NCBI GenBank assembly: GCA_963676395.1
Contig: OY781066.1
Span: 224,001-288,000, forward strand
Direction of reading: 5' to 3'
Source of the DNA: a bacterium
Lineage (GTDB): Bacteria; Fidelibacterota; Fidelibacteria; Fidelibacterales; Fidelibacteraceae
DNA: 64,000 nt
How positions within the stretch are numbered: position 1 is the first letter of the stretch; each line of letters starts with the position of its first letter. The translations under genes and the position numbers were made by a program. Shown one piece after another: positions 1-9,027 of this stretch. The notes below the pieces were generated by a model. That model worked only from the letters and a program-made list of their open reading frames with translations. It was not told where the DNA came from and ran no database searches.

Positions 1-2
1 TA

Positions 3-2393
3 GATCACAATCCATTAACACTGCTTAAGAATATATCACAAGATGATCTGAACAAAAAAGGGAATGATCCTAAGTTTTTAGAGCTTTTCCATGAAGTATT
101 AGATGATTTCAATCATTATATGACTCGTAAAGACACGTGGTACGAAAAAAACTATAAAGACAAGAAAGACTTTAAAGTCGCTTACTTTTCGGCCGAATTC
201 GGTGTTCACGAATCAGTTCCAGTATATTCGGGTGGCTTAGGTATTCTTGCCGGTGACCATTGTAAATCGGCCTCTGACCTTGGTATTCCCCTGATCGGTG
301 TTGGTATGATGTATAAACAAGGTTACTTCATTCAGCGTATTGATGGTGAAGGTAAGCAACAAAACATCTACCCCACTTACGATTTTGAAGATATCCCCGT
401 AACCCTTGTTTTGGGTAAAGATGGCGAACCTGTCAAAGTTTCTGTCATGTTCCCCGGGCGTAAGATCTATGCACAGGTCTGGAAAATGCAGGCAGGTCGT
501 ACTTCAATCTATCTATTGGATACAGATATTCAGGAGAACCTACCTGAAGATCGTATTGTAACTTCACAGCTTTATGGCGGTGACCAAAACATGCGTATCA
601 CTCAGGAAATCCTGTTGGGTATCGGTGGTGTCCGTGCCTTACGCGCCATGGATATTGAACCTAGTATCTATCATATGAACGAAGGTCACTCAGCTTTTCT
701 TGGTATAGAATTGATACGAGAATATATCGCAAAAGGTTATAACGTCAACTTGGCTAAAGAACTTGTATCATCAAAATCGATCTTTACCACACATACGCCG
801 GTTCCTGCCGGAAATGATGCTTTTAATGAAACCATGATGAAAGAATATTTCGAATCTCAGCTTGATCCCTATGGTATCACTTGGGACGAATTCTTTGCTA
901 TGGGTAAAGATACGACTACCGGCTTGTTCAGCATGACCATTCTTGCCTTAAACTGTGCTAAAAGCTCAAATGGTGTTTCAGAGCTACACGGTGAAGTTTC
1001 AAGACATATCTGGAATGAAGTTTGGAAAGATGTTCCTTCGTACGAAGTCCCCATTACGCACATCACCAACGGTGTTCATACCGAAACATGGATGGCAAAA
1101 AACTTTAATGAACTATACAATGAATACCTTACAAATGACTGGATAAATCAACTGGACGATCCTAAAACCTGGAAACGCGTTGATAATATCCCAGGCAAGA
1201 AACTGTGGGAAACACACTTAGAACGTAAAGTACGCTTGGCTGAGATCGTTCGCAATCGCATTCGTGCCCGAAACGAACGTAATGGAGTTCCAAATCATAT
1301 TACGGACAGAATTTGTGAAAACATTAATGCAAATGCACTGTTCATTGGCTTTGCTCGTCGTTTTGCCACTTACAAACGTGCAACGTTGATCTTCCATGAT
1401 GAAGAAAGATTAAAACGCATCCTAAATAACAGTGATCGTCCTGTGGTTCTTTTCTATGCCGGTAAGGCACATCCTGCTGACAGACCCGGTCAGGAATTGA
1501 TCCGTCAGATCTACGAGCTTTCCATGCGCGATGAATTTCTTGGAAAAGTCATCTTATTGGAGAACTACAATATGTCCCTCGCTCGCTATCTGGTATCCGG
1601 TGTAGACATTTGGTTGAACAACCCTCGACGTCCCCGAGAAGCTTCGGGAACATCGGGTGAGAAAGTTCCAATTAACGGTGGTATTAACTTCTCCGTACTT
1701 GACGGTTGGTGGCGTGAAAGCTACAATGGAAAAAATGGCTGGTCTATCGGCGAAGAAAAAGAATACGATAATTTGGACATACAGGATCGTGAAGATGCTA
1801 TCAGCATGTACTACACACTTGAAAACTCCATTGTCCCCGAATATTATGAAATCGGTGACGAAGGTTACTCCAAACAATGGGTCAAGCGCATGCGTGATTC
1901 AATTAAATCAGTCGCCCCCACTTTTTCAACAGCAAGAATGGTAAAGGATTACGTGAATAATCTATACCTTCCTGCACATGACTATTCAGCCGACCTGAAC
2001 GCAGACAAGGAAAAAGGTGCTAAAGCACTGGCAGAATGGAAAGAAAGAATAAGCAAGGCATGGCATAAGATCTGGGTGACGGAGATCAACCCTGTGGGTG
2101 ATTTTACCAACGATTTGAACATTACTCTGAATGCCGATATTGACCTAGATGGCTTAAAACCTGAAGATGTTGTTGCCGAAGCACTACTCGTTCGAGAAGG
2201 ATTCGAAGATAAAGAACCCGTTGCGGTCAAAGAGCTGAAGATCATAGAACAGACTTCCAAACGTCACATTTACTCTGGAGAACTTCAGATACCCAAAGGT
2301 GGTAAATATAAATACGGTATCCGGGTCCGTCCCACTCACCCTTTGCTTAAAACAAAGTTCGAGCCGAGATTGATCCGATGGATGGAAATTTAA
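3..2393 (+). CDS. glgP: alpha-glucan (glycogen/maltodextrin) phosphorylase, 5'-truncated by window edge
   Basis: The frame is open from base 3 (DHNPLTLLK...) into the 120..2393 ORF. Motifs: YFSAEFG, YSGGLGILAGDH, HMNEGH, FARRFATYKRA and the PLP-site EASGTSGEK. Confidence 0.95.
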   Translation, partial: DHNPLTLLKNISQDDLNKKGNDPKFLELFHEVLDDFNHYMTRKDTWYEKNYKDKKDFKVAYFSAEFGVHESVPVYSGGLGILAGDHCKSASDLGIPLIGVGMMYKQGYFIQRIDGEGKQQNIYPTYDFEDIPVTLVLGKDGEPVKVSVMFPGRKIYAQVWKMQAGRTSIYLLDTDIQENLPEDRIVTSQLYGGDQNMRITQEILLGIGGVRALRAMDIEPSIYHMNEGHSAFLGIELIREYIAKGYNVNLAKELVSSKSIFTTHTPVPAGNDAFNETMMKEYFESQLDPYGITWDEFFAMGKDTTTGLFSMTILALNCAKSSNGVSELHGEVSRHIWNEVWKDVPSYEVPITHITNGVHTETWMAKNFNELYNEYLTNDWINQLDDPKTWKRVDNIPGKKLWETHLERKVRLAEIVRNRIRARNERNGVPNHITDRICENINANALFIGFARRFATYKRATLIFHDEERLKRILNNSDRPVVLFYAGKAHPADRPGQELIRQIYELSMRDEFLGKVILLENYNMSLARYLVSGVDIWLNNPRRPREASGTSGEKVPINGGINFSVLDGWWRESYNGKNGWSIGEEKEYDNLDIQDREDAISMYYTLENSIVPEYYEIGDEGYSKQWVKRMRDSIKSVAPTFSTARMVKDYVNNLYLPAHDYSADLNADKEKGAKALAEWKERISKAWHKIWVTEINPVGDFTNDLNITLNADIDLDGLKPEDVVAEALLVREGFEDKEPVAVKELKIIEQTSKRHIYSGELQIPKGGKYKYGIRVRPTHPLLKTKFEPRLIRWMEI

Positions 2394-2450
2394 GCCTTAA
2401 TACATAAATCGAAAGACGGGATGATCCGTTAATCGTACCATATAATAATA

Positions 2451-2488
2451 AAAACCCCGGAGTCATTGTCCGGGGTTTTTAATTTTTT
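2451..2488 (+). terminator. intrinsic terminator downstream of glgP
   Basis: aaaaccccgga-gtcattg-tccggggtttt hairpin followed by T-rich tract. Confidence 0.8.
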
Positions 2489-2837
2489 AGATGCAAATCG
2501 CAAGAAGTCGGAAACAATAATACCCGGGGCTGAAATTTTCAGCCTTTTCTTTTAAGCGTTAATTATCGTTGTATCCAAATCTCAAATAATCTAACGTTAA
2601 GGAGCAACAAATTTGGGAATATTTTGAGATATCCATTTTTTGTTGGAGATATATCCCAAATATAAGCAAATTTTCCAACATTCGATTCTAAGGATCTATC
2701 AATAATCAATCTTGAGCTTACGTGATTATTATTCATAACTTTCGTTTTTTACGACGTTAGCCATGAATTCATTTTTCATTTTCAAATCATATTAATTGTT
2801 ATTAAACTACATGCGTCTTAAAAATACAGGAGGAATT

Positions 2838-3743
2838 ATGAGACGTTATAATGGTACGCCCATTAAAACAATTAGCGCAATTAATCGTTTCTTTCCATTT
2901 GTGATGCCGACCCGTAATGGTTCTGCCGTATATTTGGAATTAAATATTGAGATGGAAAATGCGTTGGCATACCTCGAAAAAGTCAACAAAGACCGTCCTA
3001 AAGATGATAAGATCAAGTTATTCGATGTACTTCTAGCCGCTATCCACAGAACTTATCTGGATAGACCGCGTATGAATCGTTTCATTATTGGGAAAAAATA
3101 CTATCAGCGCAATGAACATATCTATTTCTTTGTTTCAAAAAGAGAATTGACTGATGCAGGTGAAGAAAGAACCATTGGTTTAAAGCTTGACTCAAAAGAT
3201 GGATTATTTGAAGTCCATAAAAAAGCGCGCGGTGATATTAAAGAATCAAAGACAAGCGATGCCGACAAAAGTGATGAAAAAGCTGTAGAATTTTTGATGA
3301 AACTTCCAAAGGGAATCGTAAAATTCTTTGCAAAATTGGTCTATCAGTTTTTAGATAATCGCAATATGATGCCAAAAGATCTTGCCGCAACCGATAGCAT
3401 GCACGGATCAGCTTATATTGCAAATTTAGGTTCTTTTGGGGTTCAAGATCCACCTTTTCACCATCTCTATGATTACGGTGATATCTCTTGTTTCTTCGTT
3501 TTGGGTGCATTAAGAAAAGATGCCGTTGTCGATCAGGAAACCGGTGAAATCAGTGTTATAACACGCATTCCTTTAAAGATCACCATTGATGAACGTGTTG
3601 CAGACGGTGTTTACTTTAACAATACCTTTCACGTCATGAACGATTACCTGCAAGATCCTTCAAAATTGGAAACGATCCCTGAAGATCAAAAAGATGCTTA
3701 TCCGCATGTTAAATATATGAGAGATGGTAAGCGAAAGAAGTAA
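2838..3743 (+). CDS. stand-alone 2-oxoacid dehydrogenase E2-like acyltransferase catalytic-domain protein
   Basis: AGGAGG RBS before ATG 2838. Motifs PRMNRF, ANLGSFG and ITIDERVADG (canonical DHRxxDG). No lipoyl domain. Confidence 0.75.
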   Translation: MRRYNGTPIKTISAINRFFPFVMPTRNGSAVYLELNIEMENALAYLEKVNKDRPKDDKIKLFDVLLAAIHRTYLDRPRMNRFIIGKKYYQRNEHIYFFVSKRELTDAGEERTIGLKLDSKDGLFEVHKKARGDIKESKTSDADKSDEKAVEFLMKLPKGIVKFFAKLVYQFLDNRNMMPKDLAATDSMHGSAYIANLGSFGVQDPPFHHLYDYGDISCFFVLGALRKDAVVDQETGEISVITRIPLKITIDERVADGVYFNNTFHVMNDYLQDPSKLETIPEDQKDAYPHVKYMRDGKRKK

Positions 3744-3780
3744 ATATAGTAACTCATCACCGGTAACCGGTAATATTAAT

Positions 3781-3811
3781 AGCTCTGAAGTAAAATTCGG
3801 AGCTTTTTTTT
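3781..3811 (+). terminator. intrinsic terminator
   Basis: agctctgaa-gtaaaa-ttcggagct followed by T run. Confidence 0.8.
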
Positions 3812-3813
3812 AT

Positions 3814-3900
3814 AGTAAATAGTGAACAGTGAACAGTGAACAGTGAGTAGTAAACAGTAAACAGTGAGTAGTAAACGGTGAACAGTGAGTAGTGAGCAGT
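3814..3900. repeat. degenerate heptamer tandem repeat, 12 units, consensus AGTRARY
   Basis: agtaaat agtgaac agtgaac agtgaac agtgagt agtaaac agtaaac agtgagt agtaaac ggtgaac agtgagt agtgagc agt. Confidence 0.95.
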
Positions 3901-3995
3901 CGTGAAAAGTATATTGTTTACCGTTTATTATATTCGTTGTAAGCGGTAAACTTAACTCAACCTCAGCTCTATCTCACCGTCGCCACTTTTGCCTT

Positions 3996-5621
3996 TTACC
4001 TTCGGCCTTGCGAACTCCGCGAACTCTTAGTTCCACTTTTTGCATGGGTGATTAGCGGCTTTTCCCCTCGCCGTTGTGATTTAAAGGCTTTAATCAAAGG
4101 TTCAGCATATTCAAAGGGGACGGTAATGAACGAAAAATTATCCATAACCTGAATATCAGTAATATCTCTTGATTTTATTCTAACAGCCGACATGATCATT
4201 TTAAGAAGACGATCTATACGTAAATTATCTTTTTTACCCATGGCAACAAATAGACGAACTTTTCCGCTGGAATCCAAATCCAAATTCTTCTCAGCAAATT
4301 CTTTTACCTTTCCATAAGTATCCGGATCAAGCTCTTCGCTAAAGGCATAACTAAGTACCGAGGCCAAAATCTTTGAAGGCTTTCCCGCTTCAAGAAGTTT
4401 TTTTGCCCAAGTATAATATTCGGAATCAACATCTGAATCAAGAACAGTATTTATATCTTCAGATAATTTTTGTCTTTTATTGGCTATGATATCGTCTACC
4501 GAAGGAACATTAGAGCGTTTGATCTTTGTTTTGGCAACCTTCTGAATATACATGAGTTTTTTATATTCACTGGGGGTAATAAAAGTAATTGCAGTTCCCT
4601 CTTTTCCGGCTCGTCCCGTCCTTCCAATACGGTGAACATAGGCTTCCGGATCATGAGGCAATGCATAATTGATAACATGTGAAAGATCATTTACATCAAT
4701 ACCGCGTGCAGCAACATCGGTAGCGACCAGGATATTTATGCTACGCTTTTTAAATCTACCTAATGTTCTTTCACGTTGTGCCTGTGAGATATCACCGTGG
4801 ATAGCTTCGGCATCATACCCTCGACCCAATAATTTACTTACAAGATCATCAGCATCCATTTTTGTCCTACAGAAAACCAAACCGTAAAAATTACTGACAT
4901 AATCAATTATTCGACAAAGAGCATCGAATTTATCAGAATTTTTAACCTCAAAATAGATTTGCTCAGTAAGGTCGGTAGTTACATTTTCCGCTTTAGCTTT
5001 TAGTAATTCATATCCACCCATGTATTTCTTGGCAAGATCACGAATTCTTACAGGCATAGTAGCAGAAAACATTAATGTTTTCTTATCCTTATTTGTATGC
5101 TTCATGATCTCTTCCATATCTTCTAAAAAGCCCATATTCAACATTTCATCGGCTTCATCAAGAACAAGATGATCAATAAATTTTAAATTAAGTGTTTTTC
5201 TATTTAAGTGATCGATCACACGTCCGGGAGTACCAACAACAATATGAACACCTTTTTTTAAGCGTCTTAATTGCTGATCAATGGACTGTCCGCCATAGAT
5301 TGGCATGGTTCTTATCTGTTTTTCACCACGCAAAGAATGAATTTCCTCGGATACTTGAATGGCTAATTCCCTTGTCGGTGTAAGAATAAGTGCTTGTACA
5401 CTTTCTCTATCCGGGTCAATCAATTCCAAAATCGGCAGGCCGAATGCAGCAGTTTTTCCGGTACCGGTCTGTGCTTGCGCAATGATATTTTTTTTATTTT
5501 GCAACATAACAGGTATCGTTAAGGTTTGAATACCTGACGGTTCTTCAAATCCCTTTTTACTGATCGCGTTCAAACTGCTCTCGGAAAGACCGAGCTCTTC
5601 AAATCTTTTCTTTTCTTCCAT
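3996..5621 (-). CDS. deaD: DEAD-box RNA helicase (DeaD/CshA type) with C-terminal DbpA-like RNA-binding domain
   Basis: AQTGTGKT, PTRELA, TPGR, DEAD, SAT, ARGID, HRIGRTGRAG; C-terminal RLFVAMGKKD...FSFITVP. Confidence 0.9.
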   Translation of the reverse strand: MEEKKRFEELGLSESSLNAISKKGFEEPSGIQTLTIPVMLQNKKNIIAQAQTGTGKTAAFGLPILELIDPDRESVQALILTPTRELAIQVSEEIHSLRGEKQIRTMPIYGGQSIDQQLRRLKKGVHIVVGTPGRVIDHLNRKTLNLKFIDHLVLDEADEMLNMGFLEDMEEIMKHTNKDKKTLMFSATMPVRIRDLAKKYMGGYELLKAKAENVTTDLTEQIYFEVKNSDKFDALCRIIDYVSNFYGLVFCRTKMDADDLVSKLLGRGYDAEAIHGDISQAQRERTLGRFKKRSINILVATDVAARGIDVNDLSHVINYALPHDPEAYVHRIGRTGRAGKEGTAITFITPSEYKKLMYIQKVAKTKIKRSNVPSVDDIIANKRQKLSEDINTVLDSDVDSEYYTWAKKLLEAGKPSKILASVLSYAFSEELDPDTYGKVKEFAEKNLDLDSSGKVRLFVAMGKKDNLRIDRLLKMIMSAVRIKSRDITDIQVMDNFSFITVPFEYAEPLIKAFKSQRRGEKPLITHAKSGTKSSRSSQGRR

Positions 5622-5729
5622 GGTATCACTTTCGATTAATTATGCTCACTTTGGGGTGAGCGTCCGTAGTATACACTCTAAAACATCGAAATGGTAATAA
5701 AAAATAGATTTTCTTTGCGGATACAAAAC

Positions 5730-5751
5730 GGACGGACACCCTGGTCCGCCC
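5730..5751 (-). terminator. hairpin (terminator or REP-like) after the 1012-aa gene
   Basis: ggacggac...gtccgccc inverted repeat; minus strand continues GTTTTG. Confidence 0.5.
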
Positions 5752-5776
5752 AAATATTTCATTTACTAATCTTGAA

Positions 5777-8700
5777 TTAGCGATCTATGCCATACTGTTC
5801 TATCACTTCATGATAAGGTAACACCGTTACACCGCTTTCATAAAGATAATCAATGATCTCCTGAAAATCTGAAATATTGTATTCAATATCATCAATAGCT
5901 GTCTCAACCAATTTATGGAAATTCAGGATCAACCACTCATTATTCGCTATGGCATCATCAATCTGTGCTTTTAACAATTCTGTAGAATTTCTATAACCTA
6001 TTGTTCGACTGTTCACATTACCCGACACAATATGTTCCAAAGGTTGATTGAAACCATCTATTGTTCTGGCAGTCGAAAAATATCTAAGTACGATGTCTTG
6101 AATTCTTGTATTGTAACTCCCATTAGGATAAGCAAAATGATTTTTTCCGGTATAATCCCGGGTTTTTAACCATGAACTAACTTGTGATATTTTAGTTTCG
6201 ACTTCATTTAGATCAAGGTATCTTAAATTTATATTAAGATGTCCACTTATTCCCCAGCCCAGCTCATCTAACGAATCTACTTGATTTTCAGTCAAAAATC
6301 CGGGAGTACCAATTTCATCCGGCATTACAAATGCCGTTCCGCTCAAACCATACTGCTCCATGTACAGAGCCCCTTCTGTATAGGTTTCATCGAAACCATC
6401 ATCAAAACTAACAGTCACAAGACCTTCACTAAGGCGTGTTCTATACAACTCTATCTCATCAATATATACTTCAGTATTTTCAGTTGATGTTGTACGAATA
6501 ATTATTTCTCTAACTGTTGACCAATCAGGTGAATTACCGATAGCTTCGAATGCTGATCTTGGAAGTACGATATTATACCATTCACCATCATTAGGACTGG
6601 CAAAATAATTCCTGAAATTAAATATATAGGCGTCTGTGAGTTCTTCATTGGTATAAAACCGTAAATCAAACCGACTTAACACATCCCAATCTTCCACTCT
6701 GAATCTTATTCTAATGACCTTGTTTGAAAAATCAGTGGGGTTTATAGTGAGTCTGGCAGCGGAAGCTTCACTGTTTACAACAATCTTTGCCGAAGAAGAT
6801 CCAGAAACATATACATCATTGTCCTGAGTATAACCTGTTTCAATAAAAGGTCTCCATCCTTCCGCAATAGTCATATCATAGACACTGTTCTTTTCTTTAT
6901 AGTCTACCTTATAGTTATCTCTATTGATCTCCATATCAGGGATATTATTTGTAACATAGGCATTCTTGGGAGTAGATCTAATCAAGAATACTGTATCGTC
7001 AAAATCTTGATCACATGAAGCGTATTTTCGACTAACATCCTCAAAACCCATAATTAGAATATCTCTTTCATCATCTTTTAGCAGCACAGTATGCTGACGA
7101 ATGGAAGCATCCATTTCCGGGTTTAAATTAAAATGTGTATAATGAGAATATAATCCTTGAGTTACCTCTCCGTCTTTCCAGCCATTTGATACCAAGAAAA
7201 AGCCAACTCCGGTACCGGTTTCAAAATCCCCCAGATAAACCGTATGCCCTGCCTCAAGTGAGCCACCACTTCCGGTTTGAGATGTATTTGGAAAAATGAT
7301 GGTCATGTCATCAATATCGTCTACGCTCGTCGGAGGATTAAATGGATCAAATGTATAATATCCAAGACTGTTTTTAAACCCGGCACTTTCATAGATATAT
7401 GTTATATACAAACTTGCATCCTGATCAATAATCAGGTTTGTTTCAACATTATTAAAAAATTCAGGACTGTGATCCGGTGCCGATTTTATCCAAGGCAAAG
7501 CTTTATGAATATCCTGTAATAAGGAATCATCAATACTGTCTTTTTCGGCTTCCAAATAACTTGGCAAACCGTTTTCATCCCAATCACCTAAAGTTAAATA
7601 ATCCCCTTCTTCAGGCATGTAACGCTGAACCTCAAGTATTTTTAAACCACCAAAACCCGATGCAACAAAAATGACATCATCTTTTCCTTCCACGAAATTC
7701 GTAGAAGAATTAAAGTCCATTGAGCCATAGATCTCTATAGGATAATCGTCAACCTTTTTGCCTACCCAAACGCCCGAGGCACCATTGGCTATCAGCACAA
7801 GTTCATCATTAATGGATACACCATTTGTCACATAATCTATATCATCGGTACCCGCTGGTGTTTCAGGACGATCAATTTCATCAACAACAATACCACTTGA
7901 AAGATCAATAACTTTCAAACCATGTTCATTCAAGGCCACATAAGCATAGTTCCCATCTATAGCCACAGCCCCCTTTGATTCGGGTATGGCCGGAGTATAA
8001 TTCATTTCCCATAAACGTTGGAATGTATTAAGATCACGGCTTACAATACTGCTGGATGTGCCACAGCTAAGTTCAACCAACTTATCATCTTTTATGGCAA
8101 TTGCCTGATGATCCCCGGACGCAGAAATAATGGTATCAATACTCAAATCAATAGGATCTAAGCAATAAATAAAACCATTAGATCCGCTACAAGCATATAC
8201 CATATCAGTACTGACATCTACGTCGGTAGTCACATATGAATCCAAATCAATTTGCATTGTATTATCACTTAGTAAGCCATTATTCAATATCATTTTTTCA
8301 AGAATAGCGGGACTTTTCAAATGATCGTTTATGTAAGGGTTCTGGGCTTCCGCCAAATACAGTGCACCATCCTTGTATGATAATGATGAAACATCCGTAT
8401 CAGTTAAGATGGCCTGAGAGACCAAAGTTGGATGATGGATGTCCGAGATATCAAAGACTTCTATCCCTCCAAGGTATTCTTCGCCTTCTCGATTATAGCT
8501 GACATAAGCATAATCATTTTCAATACAAATATGCGAAGCCCTTAATGTTTTTCCTTCATAAACAGGGGCGGCAACTTCGGCTCGTAAAACCAAAACAAAC
8601 GATGAACTATCTTCATCTGAAGATTTGTTCAAGGTTACATTTCCAACCCCATTCATTGGTATTTGCTCATCTTTAATTTCTATTCTCAGGCCTAATTCCG

Positions 8701-8815
8701 ATGAATTATTATTAAGAATGATACGCTCATCATTCTTAGCAAAATTAAACCAATCACAAGAATTAAATATAAACAACAATGTTATGATCATGGATATTCT
8801 GAGTGTGGTCTTCAT
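5777..8815 (-). CDS. lipoprotein: LVIVD-like beta-propeller + DUF4114-like domain + CBM-like beta-sandwich + polysaccharide deacetylase (CE4/NodB) domain
   Basis: Lipobox FNSC; propeller repeats (DYAYVSY...GGIEVFDISD, NYAYVALNEHGLKVIDLS); FEDVSR...DQDFDDTVF; GEWYNIVLPRSAF...VYIDEI; CE4 motifs SFDDG, FAYPNG, ILNFH. Confidence 0.75.
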   Translation of the reverse strand: MKTTLRISMIITLLFIFNSCDWFNFAKNDERIILNNNSSELGLRIEIKDEQIPMNGVGNVTLNKSSDEDSSSFVLVLRAEVAAPVYEGKTLRASHICIENDYAYVSYNREGEEYLGGIEVFDISDIHHPTLVSQAILTDTDVSSLSYKDGALYLAEAQNPYINDHLKSPAILEKMILNNGLLSDNTMQIDLDSYVTTDVDVSTDMVYACSGSNGFIYCLDPIDLSIDTIISASGDHQAIAIKDDKLVELSCGTSSSIVSRDLNTFQRLWEMNYTPAIPESKGAVAIDGNYAYVALNEHGLKVIDLSSGIVVDEIDRPETPAGTDDIDYVTNGVSINDELVLIANGASGVWVGKKVDDYPIEIYGSMDFNSSTNFVEGKDDVIFVASGFGGLKILEVQRYMPEEGDYLTLGDWDENGLPSYLEAEKDSIDDSLLQDIHKALPWIKSAPDHSPEFFNNVETNLIIDQDASLYITYIYESAGFKNSLGYYTFDPFNPPTSVDDIDDMTIIFPNTSQTGSGGSLEAGHTVYLGDFETGTGVGFFLVSNGWKDGEVTQGLYSHYTHFNLNPEMDASIRQHTVLLKDDERDILIMGFEDVSRKYASCDQDFDDTVFLIRSTPKNAYVTNNIPDMEINRDNYKVDYKEKNSVYDMTIAEGWRPFIETGYTQDNDVYVSGSSSAKIVVNSEASAARLTINPTDFSNKVIRIRFRVEDWDVLSRFDLRFYTNEELTDAYIFNFRNYFASPNDGEWYNIVLPRSAFEAIGNSPDWSTVREIIIRTTSTENTEVYIDEIELYRTRLSEGLVTVSFDDGFDETYTEGALYMEQYGLSGTAFVMPDEIGTPGFLTENQVDSLDELGWGISGHLNINLRYLDLNEVETKISQVSSWLKTRDYTGKNHFAYPNGSYNTRIQDIVLRYFSTARTIDGFNQPLEHIVSGNVNSRTIGYRNSTELLKAQIDDAIANNEWLILNFHKLVETAIDDIEYNISDFQEIIDYLYESGVTVLPYHEVIEQYGIDR

Positions 8816-9027
8816 TCTCTCTCCTCAAATAACCTAATTCATTCACTCTCAATGAATTATAATATTATATATAATATTTTCAAAGTGTTTTTTAATCACA
8901 AAAGCACTATTGCAAACCACTAAACTTAGTGTAAGTTTGATCATTATCTAAATAGCAGTCGTAATCATTAAACGAAAAAGATATGTTTTATCTTATATCA
9001 TAATAAAACTACACTATTTGTATGATC

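Noticed and set aside
2563..2736. 57-aa minus-strand ORF (MNNNHVSS...GKFAYIW...KIFPNL) faintly recalling a RAYT segment
   Set aside because: No HUH motif or RBS, and the similarity is too weak to call a pseudogene without a search.
3814..3900. Possible CRISPR array
   Set aside because: 7-bp tandem units without unique spacers; no 23-47 bp repeats and no cas genes. The same applies to 42373-42438.
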